Below, piece by piece: positions 33,843 to 45,118 of a stretch of DNA of 64,000 bases (positions within the stretch are counted from its first letter, which is position 1; each line of letters starts with the position of its first letter). The notes beneath the pieces were generated by a model. The model saw nothing but the letters and a program-made list of their open reading frames with translations, made no database searches and was not told where the DNA came from. The DNA comes from Vicinamibacterales bacterium (GTDB lineage: Bacteria > Acidobacteriota > Vicinamibacteria > Vicinamibacterales > JAMQPK01): the NCBI GenBank assembly GCA_963775345.1, contig CAVZIS010000007.1, positions 85,486 to 149,485 on the forward strand. Direction: 5' to 3'. The position numbers and the translations under genes were made by a program.

Positions 33843-35689
33843 ATGTCCATCGAAACACCTGTCGATCCGCGACGCGCGGACTCGTGAGCAAATCCCCGAA
33901 GCTTTCACCTGGAACCTCGCCGACATCTATCCGAGCTGGAACGAGTGGGAGGCCGGCCTCAGCGAGTTCGAAGCGAAAGCTTGCCGGGTACGCCGAGCTG
34001 CGGGGAACGCTCGCGCAGGGAGCCGACCGACTGCTCAAGGCGCTGCACCTGGACGACGATCTCGGGCCAACTGTCGTACAAGCTCTGGCACTACGCCAGC
34101 CTCACCTACGACCAGGATCAGCGGGACAACTCCGCCAACGCCCGGCGGCAGCGTGTGCAGATTCTCTTCGCCAAGGCGTCGGAGGCGAAGTCGTGGTTCA
34201 CTCCTGAGCTCCTGCGGATTCCGCTCGCGACCGTGCGTGGCTGGATGCAGGCCGATCCCGACCTTGCGACATACCGCTTCGCCATCGAGAGGGTGTACCA
34301 CCAGCAGGAGCACGTCCTGGATGAAAAAGGGGAGCATCTGCTGTCGCTGTCGAACCGATTCGGCGACACGCCGCACGACATTCACTCGATGCTGGCGAAC
34401 GCCGACATCAAGCACCCCGTCATTACGCTGCACGACGGGACAAAGGCGACGCTGACCTACGGGCAGTACAACGCGCTGCTGCAGACCAATCGTCTACCAG
34501 CCCGATCGCGCGAATGCGTTTCAGGCGTTTCACGAGACCTTCGCGGCAAACGCGAACACGTATGCGGCGGTCTACAACGGCGTGCTGCAGCGCGACTGGT
34601 TCATCGCACAGGCGCGCCAGTTCAAGAGCACGCTCGAGGCGGCGCTCCACGGAAACGACATTCCGACCAGCGTCGTCGAGAACCTGGTTGCGACGGCGAA
34701 GGCAGGAACGGAGCCGCTGCGTCGGTACCACAGGCTGAGGAAGCGCGTGTTGAACCTGGAGACCTATCATGCGTACGACCAGCTCGTTCCTCTGATCGAC
34801 TTCGATCGGAAGTACGAGTATTCGACTGTCCTCGACGAGATCGTCGAGGCGATGAAGCCGCTCGGAGTCGAGTACCAGGAGAACGTCCGGCGTGCATTCC
34901 AAGAACGCTGGATCGATGTCTATGAGAACCCGGGCAAACGCAGCGGCGCGTATTCGGCGCCGGTGTACGGAGTGCATCCGTACATGCTGTTGAACTACAA
35001 CGACACGCTCGATTCGGTGTTCACGCTGGCGCACGAGATGGGACACTCGATGCACAGCATGCTGTCCGAGGCGCATCAGCCTTTCGTGTACTCGGACTAC
35101 ACGATCTTTGTCGCCGAGGTGCCGTCGACGCTCAGCGAAATGCTGTTCTTCGACTACAAGCTGTCGCGCACCAACGATCAGCGTGAGAGAATCGTGCTCC
35201 TTCAGCATGCGATCGACGACATCGTCGGCACGTTCTATCGCCAGTGCCTGTTTGCCGACTACGAGCTGCAGGCGTTTCGCCTGGCGGAGCAGGGGGAGCC
35301 AATCACCGCCGAGACCCTGAGCCGGATTTATTTCGATTTGTTCAAGGCGTATCACGGCGATGCCATGACCTACGACGACATCGCGCAGATTACGTGGGCG
35401 CGGGTCCCGCATTTCTTCGGAAGCCCGTACTACGTTTATCAGTACGCCACGTGCTACGCCTCGTCGGCGCAGCTTGATTCAGAGGATCACGTCGGGCAGC
35501 GTCGACGAGCGGCGCGAAGGGGTTGAGCGGTTTCTCGATCTGCTGCGCGCCGGTGGCAGCGATTACCCGATGAACCTTCTGAAGCGTGCAGGTGTCGACT
35601 TGAGCACGCCGGCGCCGGCCGAGGCGGTCGTGCGCCAGTTCGACAAGCGCGTGTCGCAGCTCGAAGCAGAAATCGCGAAGTTAGGATAG
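33843..35689 (+). CDS. pepF: oligoendopeptidase F (M3B); about 6 frame breaks
   Basis: [17 protein letters not shown], zinc motif [37 protein letters not shown]. Confidence 0.85.
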
Positions 35690-35732
35690 GCACGGCGGGA
35701 TCGACAACGTCGATATCAGCGTCATTGAGAGA

Positions 35733-38700
35733 ATGTCCCTGGAAAATCTCCATCCTGTAGTTCGCGATTGGTTCCGGTCGCATTTTGGCTCGGCGACCGA
35801 ACCGCAGTTGCGCGCCTGGCCGGCCATCCGGTCCGGTGGGCACGTACTGATCTCGGCCCCGACAGGCTCGGGCAAGACTCTCGCGGCGTTTCTCATCTGT
35901 CTCGACGACCTCGTCCGTGCGGGTCTCGACGGCGGCCTGCCGGACACGACGCTGGTCGTGTACGTTTCGCCGCTCAAGGCGCTCAGCAACGACATTCACA
36001 AGAACCTGGATGTTCCACTGTCGGGGATCGCCACGCTCGCAGCCGAGCGGGGGCTGCTGCTTCCGGCGATTCGTACCGCCGTCCGTACCGGTGACACACC
36101 GGCGTCCGAGCGGCAGCGGATGGTGAAGAGCACCGCCTCATATTCTGGTGACGACCCCGGAGTCGCTGTTCATCCTGCTGACGGCAGAGCGGAGCCGGCA
36201 GACGCTGCGGAACGTGCGTGCGGTAATTGTCGACGAAATCCACGCGATGGCCGACGACAAGCGCGGCACTCATCTCGCGCTGACGCTCGCTCGTTTGGAT
36301 GATCTCGTCGAAAAATCAGGCCGGGCGCGGCCGCAGCGCATCGGCCTGTCGGCGACCGTCAGGCCCATCGAAACCGTCGCGCGGTTCCTGGCTCCGGATG
36401 AGGGGGCGGCGGTCGCGGTCGTCGACCACGGTCATCGCCGCGCGATGGATCTTGCGGTCGAGGTGCCGAACGACGAGCTCGGGGCGGTCGCATCGAACGA
36501 GATGTGGCAGGAGATTTACGACCGGCTGACGGCCCTGATTCAGGCCCACAGGACGACCCTGGTGTTCGTGAACACGCGTCGCCTTGCGGAACGCGTCGCA
36601 CACCATCTGGGCGAGCGGCTGGGCGAAGATGCCGTGCTCGCGCACCACGGCAGTCTTTCCCGCAAGCTGCGACTCGATGGCCGAGGAGCGGCTGAAAGGC
36701 GGCAAGCTCAAGGCCGTCGTCGCCACGGCCTCGCTCGAGCTGGGCATAGACATCGGAACCGTCGATCTCGTCTGTCAGATTGGGTCGCCGCGATCGATTG
36801 CGGTCGCGCTGCAGCGCATCGGCCGCTCGGGACATCAGGTCGAGCACACCACCAGGCCGAAGGGGCGCATCTTCGCGACCAGCCGCGACGAGTTGATTGA
36901 ATGCGCTGCGCTGGTCAGGTCGATTGGAACCGGGCGAGCTCGATCGGTTGATTGTCCCCGTCGCGCCGCTCGACGTGCTGGCGCAGCAGATCGTGGCAAT
37001 GGCGGCCGCGGAAGACTGGCAGGAAGAGCCGCTTTTCGATCTCGTTCGCCGCACGTACTGTTATCGCGATTTGACCAGAGCTGAGTTCGACTCGGTTGTC
37101 GATATGCTCTCGGAGGGCATCAGCACAAAGCGCGGTCGCAGCGGAGCATATCTGCACAGGGATCGGGTGCATGGAATCGTTCGAGGAAGACGCGGGGCGC
37201 GCCTCGCGGCGATTACTTCAGGCGGCGCCATCCCCGACAATGCGCAGTACCTGGTTCTGGCCGAGCCCGACGAGACGGTCGTCGGGACGCTCGACGAGGA
37301 TTTCGCCGTCGAAAGTCTCGCCGGCGATGTCTTCCTGTTGGGGACGACGTCGTGGCGGATTCGACGGGTTGAGGCGGGCCGCGTCCGGGTCGAGGATGCG
37401 CACGGCGCTGCGCCGACGATTCCATTTTGGAATGGTGAGGCGCCAGGCCGTACCGCCGAGCTGTCGAGGGCCGTAGCCGAAGTGCGCGAGAAGATCCTGA
37501 AAATAGGGTCAGACCCTATTTCTTTTCTTGCCACAGAGTGCGGGCTGGATCGACGGGGCGCTGAGCAGGCCGTGCTCTATGTGCGAGCTGGGGCCGCCGC
37601 TCTCGGCGCCTTGCCATCCACCGGCACCGTCGTTGCCGAGCGCTTCTTCGACGAAGGCGGCGGCATGCAGCTCGTTCTGCACTCGCCGTTCGGCGCTCGG
37701 ATCAACCGGGCCTGGGGTCTCGCACTGCGTAAACGCTTCTGCCGCTCGTTCAACTTCGAGCTCCAGGCGGCGGCCACCGACAACGGCATCGTCATTTCTC
37801 TCAGCGATCAGCACAGCTTTCCGTTGGAGCTCGTCTTCAAGTTCCTGAGCCAGGAGACCGTCGAAGAAGTGCTTACGCAGGCCATGCTGCCCGCACCGAT
37901 GTTCGAGGTGCGCTGGAGATGGGATACCTCGCGCGCGCTGGCTGTCCTCAGGTTTGCCGGCGGCCGGAAGGTTCCGCCGCCGCTTCAACGCATGCGCGCC
38001 GACGATCTCCTCGCCGCGGTCTTTCCAGATCAGGCAGCCTGTCAGGAAAACGTCGTCGGCGACATCCGGGTTCCGGATCACCCGCTCGTGAACGAGACCA
38101 TCAAGGACTGCCTCCACGAGGCGATGGATCTCGACGGGTTGAAGCGATCTGATCGGCCAGATTGGCGCAGGCGAGGTGAAAACGGTTGCGATTGATACAC
38201 CGGAGCCGTCGCCCTTCTCGCACGAGATTCTGAACGCGAATCCGTATGCCTACCTGGATGATGCGCCGCTCGAGGAGCGACGGGCACGGGCGGTTCAGAT
38301 GCGCCGGACGATCGGGACGGAGACCGGCGGGGTTGCCGCGCTCGATCCCGCCGCGATTGCCGAAGTGGCGTCGGAATCCTGGCCGGCGGTCCGCGATGCC
38401 GAAGAGCTCCACGATGCGCTGCTGACCCTCGTGGTCCTGCCACCCCTGAGCGAATGGGAAGAGTTTTTCCGCACGCTGCGGGAGTCGGGGCGTGCCACGG
38501 TCCTCAGTGCGGGCGGCGCCCAGTTCTGGGTCGCTGCTGAACGGTTGAAGTCTGCGCGTCTGTTGTACTCCGAGAGCGCGATTGCACCCGTCATCGTCGA
38601 CTACGATCGCACTCCGGCATCCGATCAGGAATCAGCGGCGACCGAAGCGCTGCGCGGCTGGCTCGAGTCGACAGGACCGCAGACGCAAAGCGGCCTCGCC

Positions 38701-39978
38701 CGCCGCTTCGGCTTGCCAGCTGACGTGCTGGAAGCGGCCCTGCTGCGCCTCGAAGCCGAAGGACAGATCCTGCGCGGGCGTTTTACAGCCGCTGCGGCAT
38801 CGCAAGGAACGGAAATCGAGTGGTGCAATCGCCGGGTGCTCGCGCGAATCCATCGTTTGACGCTCGGCCGGCTGCGGCGCGAAATCGAACCGGTCAACGC
38901 CCGCGATTTCATGCGGTTTCTCCATCACTGGCAGCATCTCAAGCAGGGGACGCAGCTCCATGGTCCTGATGGAGCGCTCCACATCATCAAGCAGCTTCAG
39001 GGCTACGAAATCTCCGCGGCCGCATGGGAATTCGACGTGCTGCGGAGAAGGGTGGGGAAGTACGCGCCGGAGCTACTCGATCAGCTCTGCATCTCGGGTA
39101 TGGTCGTCTGGGGCCGGCTGTCGCCGCACCCTGCGTTCGACGATCGCGATCGCGGCAACCACGGCACGGTTCGTCGTGTCAGGCCGACGAGATCGGCGCC
39201 TGTTGCGCTGTTTCTGCGCGAAGACGCGCCCTGGCTTCTCGAAGCCGCGGCGAGGCGCGCAGCGGCAAACGGGTTGCTGCCCGATCAAGGCCAGGGACTG
39301 TCCAACGCCGCGCGACAGGTTCTCGACTCTCTGGGCCGTCGCGGTGCGTCATTCCTGGCAGATATCGTGAAGGCCACGGGCCAGCTGACCAGCAGCGTCG
39401 AGGATGGGCTTTGGGAGCTTGCCGCCGCCGGATTGGTGACAGCCGATGGCTTCGAAAACCTGCGGGCGCTGATCGATCCAAAGCGGCGGCTCGCGACGGC
39501 GAAGCATCATGCGCGCCGCGCTCGATTCGTGCCCGGCCGTTGGGCGCTGCTGTCCGCCTTCGCTCCTGAGGGGCGTGGTGAGGAGCTTCGGAGCGACAGG
39601 CTGCCGGACGATGGGCTTGCGACGGCGACGCTCGAAGCCATTGCGCGTCAGCTGTTGCTGCGATGGGGCGTGGTGTTCCGGGATCTGCTTGCGCGCGAGA
39701 CGATCACCCCGGCATGGCGCGACCTGCTCGTCACGTTCCGCCGCATGGAAGCGCAGGGAGAGATCCGAGGCGGCCGATTCGTCTCCGGCTTCGTCGGCGA
39801 GCAGTTTGCCAGACCGGAGGCCGTCGAATTGCTGCGTGAAATCCGAAGAGATCAGAACGCAGGCGCCGCGCCGCAGGTCGCCGCAGCCGATCCCCTGAAT
39901 ATGGCCGGCATTATCACGCCTGGGCCGCGAGTCGAGCCCTTTGGTCGGCGTCACAGTCCCGCTCTGGGAGACCGATGA
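35733..39978 (+). CDS. lhr: ATP-dependent helicase Lhr (large helicase-related, with long C-terminal domain); about 5 frame breaks
   Basis: [21 protein letters not shown] (motif I), VIVDEIHA (DEIH), [18 protein letters not shown] (motif VI). The Lhr winged-helix and C-terminal regions then run through ORFs 36897..38195 and 38176..39978. Confidence 0.85.
37501..37521. repeat. 21-bp perfect palindrome AAATAGGGTC-A-GACCCTATTT inside lhr, followed by a T-rich run
   Basis: Read directly from the sequence. It is in frame (..[15 protein letters not shown]..) and is followed by cttttctt. A second copy lies at 39981-40001. Confidence 0.85.
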
Positions 39979-39980
39979 CA

Positions 39981-40008
39981 AAATAGGGTCAGACCCCATT
40001 TTTACGAA
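39981..40008 (+). terminator. second copy of the palindromic element (one mismatch) plus T-run, 3 nt after the lhr stop; putative lhr terminator
   Basis: aaatagggtc a gaccccattt ttta. The 17-mer aaaatagggtcagaccc is shared with the intragenic copy. Confidence 0.5.
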
Positions 40009-40016
40009 TCTCGTAA

Positions 40017-41255
40017 ATGCTGCCCATCAGGCTACATAAGACCATTGGGGTAACAGTCGGGCCCGTCCAGATCGGCGGCGGCGCGCCAGTCGCCGTCCAG
40101 TCGATGACCAACACCGACACACCCGACGTCGACGCGACCGCGCGGCAATGCATCGAGCTGGCTGAGGCCGGTTCCGAGCTCGTCCGCATCACTGTGAACG
40201 TGCCGGAAGCCGCTGCCGCCGTGCCGGCCATCAAGCAGCGGATGCTTGATGCCGGGATCAACGCACCGCTGGTCGGCGACTTCCATTACAACGGCCACCT
40301 CCTGCTGACGAAGTATCCCCGTTGTGCACAGGCGCTCGACAAGTACCGCATCAATCCCGGAAACGTCGGCACCGGCAAACGGCGGGACGAGCAGTTCACG
40401 ACAATCTGTCAGGTCGCGGCAGACAACGGAAAGCCCGTCCGCATCGGCGTCAATGGCGGCTCGCTGAATCAAGAGCTGGTCATGAGCAAGATGCAGGAAA
40501 ACACCGATCGGAGTCTTGGAAAGTCGTCCGAAGAGATCATCAACGAGTGTCTGATTCTTTCGGCGCTCGACTCGACCGCGCTCGCGCTCGAATCGGGACT
40601 CCGCAAGACCCAGATCATCATCTCGTGCAAGGTGTCGCGCCCGTTGCATCTGATTGCGGTTTACCGCGAGCTTGCACGGAGAACGGACCAACCGCTCCAC
40701 CTCGGCCTGACCGAGGCAGGAATGGGCATCAAGGGGCTCGTCTGGTCCGCCTCGGCGATGGGCTCGCTGCTCAACGAGGGAATCGGCGATACCGTGCGCG
40801 TGTCGCTCACGCCGCGTCCGGGTGGCGATCGGCGCGAGGAAGTGTACGCCGCATGTGAGCTGCTTCAGGCGCTGGGCCTGCGATCCTTCGCGCCGAGCGT
40901 CACGGCGTGTCCGGGCTGCGGCCGAACGACGAGCACGACGTTTCAGGAGCTCGCCGAACGCACCCAGGACTACATCCGCGAGATGATGCCCGTCTGGAAG
41001 AGTCGTTATGAGGGCGTCGAAGAGATGACGCTCGCCGTGATGGGATGCATCGTCAACGGTCCGGGCGAGTCGAAGGCGGCCAATATCGGCATCAGTCTGC
41101 CCGGCACCGGCGAGGAACCCAGCTGCCCGATCTACATCGATGGCCGGCATGTCAGGACGCTTCGCGGGAGCTACGACGAGCTCGCGTCGGCGTTCCGGCA
41201 GATTGTCGATGATTACGTCGAGAGAAAGTACGCAGCACGCAGTGTCCGGCCATAG
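40017..41255 (+). CDS. ispG: 4-hydroxy-3-methylbut-2-enyl diphosphate synthase (flavodoxin)
   Basis: Intact 412 aa: [37 protein letters not shown] (Fe-S cysteines). Confidence 0.95.
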   Translation: MLPIRLHKTIGVTVGPVQIGGGAPVAVQSMTNTDTPDVDATARQCIELAEAGSELVRITVNVPEAAAAVPAIKQRMLDAGINAPLVGDFHYNGHLLLTKYPRCAQALDKYRINPGNVGTGKRRDEQFTTICQVAADNGKPVRIGVNGGSLNQELVMSKMQENTDRSLGKSSEEIINECLILSALDSTALALESGLRKTQIIISCKVSRPLHLIAVYRELARRTDQPLHLGLTEAGMGIKGLVWSASAMGSLLNEGIGDTVRVSLTPRPGGDRREEVYAACELLQALGLRSFAPSVTACPGCGRTTSTTFQELAERTQDYIREMMPVWKSRYEGVEEMTLAVMGCIVNGPGESKAANIGISLPGTGEEPSCPIYIDGRHVRTLRGSYDELASAFRQIVDDYVERKYAARSVRP

Positions 41256-41274
41256 CCGGCTTGATGAGCGGGAC

Positions 41275-41661
41275 CTAATGGACGGTCGTGTACGGTTCGG
41301 TCAAGGTGAACATCGGAATTTCGATATCGAAATGCTCCCGGTCGGCGTTCACCATCTGATAGGTTCCCCGCATCGACCCGAACGGAGTGCTCAGCGGGCA
41401 GCCTGAGGTGTACTCGAAACTTTCACCCGGCTCGAGCAGCGGTCTTTTTCCAACGACTCCTGGCCCTTGTACTTGCTGCACCTCACCCATCGCGTTGGTG
41501 ATAATCCAGTGACGGCTGAGGAGCTGCACGGTCTCGCTGCCCTCATTTGTAATGCGGATCGTATAGAGGAAGAACCATTGGTTCTGATGCGGATTCGAGC
41601 GCTCCTTGGCGAACTCCGATTCGACGCGGACGCGGATGTTCCTGGTCACCGCTTCTGGCAT
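41275..41661 (-). CDS. apaG: ApaG (DUF525) protein
   Basis: Intact 128 aa: [58 protein letters not shown]. Confidence 0.85.
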   Translation of the reverse strand: MPEAVTRNIRVRVESEFAKERSNPHQNQWFFLYTIRITNEGSETVQLLSRHWIITNAMGEVQQVQGPGVVGKRPLLEPGESFEYTSGCPLSTPFGSMRGTYQMVNADREHFDIEIPMFTLTEPYTTVH

Positions 41662-41674
41662 CGGCTTCCATCAT

Positions 41675-42043
41675 ATGACAGCCGACCCGCGTAAACGACT
41701 GATTGAGCTTGCAGCGTCGGTCGGCGTGTCGAGCGCTCGGCGGCATATCTTCCTGTGCGCCGATCAGACGACGCCCAAGTGCTGCGAGCGCGACAGGTCT
41801 CTGGCCGCTTGGGACTACCTGAAGAGACGGCTCAAGGAACTCGGTCTTTCCGAATCAGGCGGTGTGCTCCGCACCAAGGCCAACTGTCTTCGTATCTGTG
41901 AGAGCGGACCGATCGCGGTTGTCTATCCTGAGGGGACCTGGTACTTCGCATGCGATCCTCCCGTACTCGAGCGAATCATCCAGGAACATCTGATCGGAGG
42001 AACGCCGGTGGCGGAGTATTTGATCACCACTGCGCATCTATAA
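41675..42043 (+). CDS. thioredoxin-like [2Fe-2S] ferredoxin family protein
   Basis: MTADPRKRL...[15 protein letters not shown]...[22 protein letters not shown] (Cys pattern of this fold). The ATG is 13 nt from the divergent apaG ATG. Confidence 0.6.
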   Translation: MTADPRKRLIELAASVGVSSARRHIFLCADQTTPKCCERDRSLAAWDYLKRRLKELGLSESGGVLRTKANCLRICESGPIAVVYPEGTWYFACDPPVLERIIQEHLIGGTPVAEYLITTAHL

Positions 42044-42329
42044 ACGGTCGAGGTCCTCTTTTCCGATGACGGGCGCCCATCCGATCAGTTCGGTACTGCG
42101 CGACGCCGTTCTGCACGAACGGATCGTGATCTCTGATCGCGTCGAGTGCCTTCCCGTCATCGTCTGCGACGCGCAACAAGCACAGGCCCCCGAATCGGGG
42201 GCTCATGGGTCCGGATGCGATGAGGACTCCTTTCTCTTTCAGTCCTCGGAGATACGCACGATGCGCGTCCTGATGGGCGACAACCTCCTCGAGCGGCCGA
42301 CGGTAGCGAATGATGGCCAACGCGTACAT
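42038..42329 (-). CDS. YciI family protein; one frame break near the 3' end
   Basis: [41 protein letters not shown]...[11 protein letters not shown]. The reconstructed tail is [20 protein letters not shown]. Confidence 0.6.
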
Positions 42330-43081
42330 CAGTGTCCTCCAGCGAATACGTTGAGCGCGACGACGCTGCCAATGCCGGCGACGGCGAGCGCGAGCTCACG
42401 AAACGTTTTTGCGTCCACACGGCCTCGATGCAGATCGGGAATGAGGTCGGCCATCGCGACGTACAGAAACCCCGCAGCAGCGACCGAAAGCACGTATTGA
42501 TTAATCTCCGGCAGCCACTCGAGCGCGAACACTGCGAGCACCGCCCCGAGCACGGCTGCGCCGCCGGAAAGAAGATTCAGGAGGAGCGCCGATCGGCGCG
42601 TGTATCCCGCATTCAGCAGGATGGCGATGTCGCCGAGCTCCTGGGGGATCTCGTGCGCCGCGACAGCGAGCGCCGTGCTCACGCCAAGCGGGATCGACGT
42701 TCGGACCGCGGTACCGATGACCACACCATCGAGGAAGTTATGAAAAGCATCGCCGATGATGACCATTGGCGCCGCCATGCCGTGCACTTCGCAGTCGTGT
42801 GTGTGGCAATGCCTCCAGAGAACGAGCTTCTCGAGCAGGAAGAACAGCATGATGCCGCCGAGCAGCGACGCGAGCACAGTTCTCGGTGAGAGATGCGCCA
42901 GCGCTTCGGGGAGCAGGACGAGCAGCGCGACCCCAAGCAGTGTGCCGACGGCGTAGCTGACGAGCCACGGGACTACCGTGAGTCGAATACGGTCGTTGAA
43001 AGAGAGGAGAGCGGAAGCAACCAGGACCCCACCGAGACTGCCGACGAGGGTCAGTCCAACGGCCCATGCGAGCAAGCGCAC
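42329..43081 (-). CDS. ZIP family metal transporter (ZupT-like)
   Basis: Intact 250 aa with a GTG start, 8 TM-like segments, HNFLDGVVIG and AHEIPQELGD motifs. Confidence 0.85.
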   Translation of the reverse strand: MRLLAWAVGLTLVGSLGGVLVASALLSFNDRIRLTVVPWLVSYAVGTLLGVALLVLLPEALAHLSPRTVLASLLGGIMLFFLLEKLVLWRHCHTHDCEVHGMAAPMVIIGDAFHNFLDGVVIGTAVRTSIPLGVSTALAVAAHEIPQELGDIAILLNAGYTRRSALLLNLLSGGAAVLGAVLAVFALEWLPEINQYVLSVAAAGFLYVAMADLIPDLHRGRVDAKTFRELALAVAGIGSVVALNVFAGGH

Positions 43082-43097
43082 GGGCCGATGTTATCAA

Positions 43098-43175
43098 AGC
43101 CACCGGCCACCAGCCAGCGAGCAGGGCTGAAGCCTCGCGCTACGAGCTACAAGCTACCGGCTACGAGCTATCAAC
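43098..43175. repeat. two-block heptamer tract (CCACCnG block, then GCTACnn block) between the VWA and ZIP genes
   Basis: ccaccgg ccaccag ccagcga ... gctacga gctacaa gctaccg gctacga gctatca. On the transcribed (minus) strand this gives TAG every 7 nt immediately after the VWA stop codon. Confidence 0.75.
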
Positions 43176-43179
43176 TCGC

Positions 43180-44288
43180 CTAGGGCGTGGCGATGTAACC
43201 GCGCCGCGCTCTGACACGCAGCGCCTTGTCGCGGGTCTCGACACGAATCGCGTGCCAGCGTCCGTCTTTTTTGGTGGTTGACGAATAGCCGAGATAGTAC
43301 CTGACGGCTCAGCTCGTCGGCAATGTTCGCGGTGGCCGGATCGAGATCACGTCCTGTCCGTACAACCTCAGTGCGCCCGCCGCTGTCGTCGGTAATCTCG
43401 CGCAGCGCATGCACATTCACCCGCTCGTCGCCGCCTCTGCGAACCGTCGTGCGTCCCTGCGGAACGGGCCACTGAAACTGCGACAGGTCGTTCGACTGGA
43501 GCTGCTGCATCGGGGACGCCGGCCGCAGCGGCAAGCCGACTCCGCCGGGCCCGCGAGGGCGCCGGCCGCCCGGAAACGGAATCGGAAACGGAGGCAGGGT
43601 CGTGGGAGGACGCGATGGAATGCCCAACATGCGTGTCGGCCTGACCGTCGATGCCGATCGCGTACACCATCACTTCCGATTCGCGAATCATCTGTTTCAC
43701 TTCGTTCAGCGAGCTCTGGCTGTCGGTGTCGTTGCCGTCGGAAATCAGCACGATTGCACGCTTGCGGTGCTGTCCGGTCTGCGCGAGCGGGACCGATTCG
43801 GCGATCGCGTCGAGCATCGCAGTTCCGCCGCCGGCATTGATTCGGCGAATCGCGCGGGTCATCCGCTGGCGGTCGGTTGTCCAGTCCTGCACGAGCTCGG
43901 GGAAATTGCTGAACTTGTAGAGGAAGATTTCATCCTCAGGCGAGAGGAGCTTCGTCAGAAATCGATCGACGGCCGCCAGCGCGGAAGCCATCTTCTCGCC
44001 CGCCATGCTGCCGCTCGTGTCGAGAACAATGCCCAGACTGACCGGTACGCGTTCGTTGCTGAAGTGCGTGACTTCCTGCAGCTCGTTCTCCTCGTACACG
44101 ATGAAGTCGTCCTGCTTCAGCCCCGGCACGAAACGGCCATTCCTGTCGGTGACGGTCGCGGTGACGTTGACGAGATCGACGCCGCTGCGGAATCGGAACT
44201 CATCCTGCTTCTGTCCCGCGACGCTGGAGCTGCCAGCGACAACCATCAGGGCAGCGGCAGCAGCGAGTCCAGTCCAGAGGCGAAGCAT
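43180..44288 (-). CDS. VWA domain-containing protein (acidobacterial VWFA-related, TIGR03436-like); 2 frame breaks
   Basis: Signal peptide, FRSGVDLVNVTATVTDRNGRFVPGLKQDDFIVYEENELQEV, MIDAS motif DTSGSM, ISDGNDT. The C-terminus is ...YYLGYSSTTKKDGRWHAIRVETRDKALRVRARRGY. Confidence 0.8.
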
Positions 44289-44300
44289 ATGTTCTTCTCC

Positions 44301-44738
44301 CTACTTGAGTGCGCTTGCCAGCTTTATGTCGCTGCGGCGATCGACGTGCGGGACGACGTCCGTTCCAGCACGAAAGCTGACTCGATAACGTGCGATCGGC
44401 CCTGCGTCCGGAATGCTGACCTTGAATGGCGCCTCCTCACCCGGACCGAGCGCGCGATAATCGAGCGGCACGTCTTTGGTCGACACGAGCACCCCGTTGC
44501 GATCGAGCAGCGAAACGACGGCGGTGAGGCCTTCCAGTTTAGCGCCGGTGGCTGGATTGCGGACGGTTCCCGATATCGTCAACACCCTGAGCTCACGTGC
44601 ATGACCGAGCGCGATCAGCTCGAGCGGCTCGGACTGCGCCGTCTGCGCAAGGGGGGCCGCGTGCTCGTCCGAGGCCGAGGTATTCAGAAAGATCAGCGTC
44701 CCTCCCAGCATCACAATCAGCGCCGCCGCCGCGAACAA
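44301..44738 (-). CDS. membrane-anchored beta-sandwich protein (FxLYD/DUF3426-like)
   Basis: A TM segment (R)LFAAAALIVMLGGTLIFL is followed by LRVLTISGTVRNPATGAKLEGLTAVVSLLDRNGVLVSTKDVPLDYRALGPGEEAPFKVSIP. The TTG start is uncertain, and the gene may be the distal part of the upstream ORF. Confidence 0.45.
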   Translation of the reverse strand: MFAAAALIVMLGGTLIFLNTSASDEHAAPLAQTAQSEPLELIALGHARELRVLTISGTVRNPATGAKLEGLTAVVSLLDRNGVLVSTKDVPLDYRALGPGEEAPFKVSIPDAGPIARYRVSFRAGTDVVPHVDRRSDIKLASALK

Positions 44739-45114
44739 TCGGCAACCTGGTTCCCGCTGGCTCGTCGCGCTCGACGGTTCCGAACAACCGCTCGGACGAC
44801 GAACCAGGGATTGGGGGTTGGGGATTAGGGATTGGGCCAGTCACGCGTGTCGCGCGTTCGGTCCTAATCCCTAATCCCCGATCCCTAATCCCAGCGGGTT
44901 CTGAGGGTTCAGCGTCAGGTGTCCATTGCCATTCTCCAGCCACCTGCGTCCATCCGCCATCGGTGGCGCCGTGGGTCTCGGCAGCGGCGGCCAGTGCGGC
45001 GACGCGCGCTTCGGAACGCTCCTGCTCACGACGTTGAACTCGGCGAGCCGATGAGAACGCAGCGACTGCGGCGGCAACTGAAACGATGGAGATGACGAGC
45101 ATTGCGGTTTCCAT
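44593..45114 (-). CDS. hypothetical N-terminally membrane-anchored protein; the ORF reads through the hairpin repeat
   Basis: METAMLVISIVSVAAAVAAFSSARRVQRREQERSEARVAALAAAAE... Only the part 5' of the repeat (about 44900-45114) looks like genuine coding sequence. The remainder overlaps the 44301..44738 gene in another frame. Confidence 0.3.
   Translation of the reverse strand: METAMLVISIVSVAAAVAAFSSARRVQRREQERSEARVAALAAAAETHGATDGGWTQVAGEWQWTPDAEPSEPAGIRDRGLGIRTERATRVTGPIPNPQPPIPGSSSERLFGTVERDEPAGTRLPIVRGGGADCDAGRDADLSEYLGLGRARGPPCADGAVRAARADRARSCT
44804..44893. repeat. long hairpin with telomere-like heptamer arms (TAGGGAT / ATCCCTA) and loop core CACGCGTGTC
   Basis: The left arm 44804-44836 (ccagggat tgggggt tggggat tagggat tggg) is C-free from 44806. 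The loop is 44837-44862 and the right arm is 44863-44893 (cctaatc cctaatc cccgatc cctaatc cc). By hand alignment about 27 of 33 positions are complementary. Confidence 0.8.
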
Positions 45115-45118
45115 GGGT

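Noticed and set aside
44804-44893. TTAGGG-like repeats as a chromosome or linear-replicon telomere
   Set aside because: There are only about four units per arm, arranged as an inverted pair inside an operon in the middle of a contig with genes on both sides. The resemblance to eukaryotic telomere repeats is compositional only.
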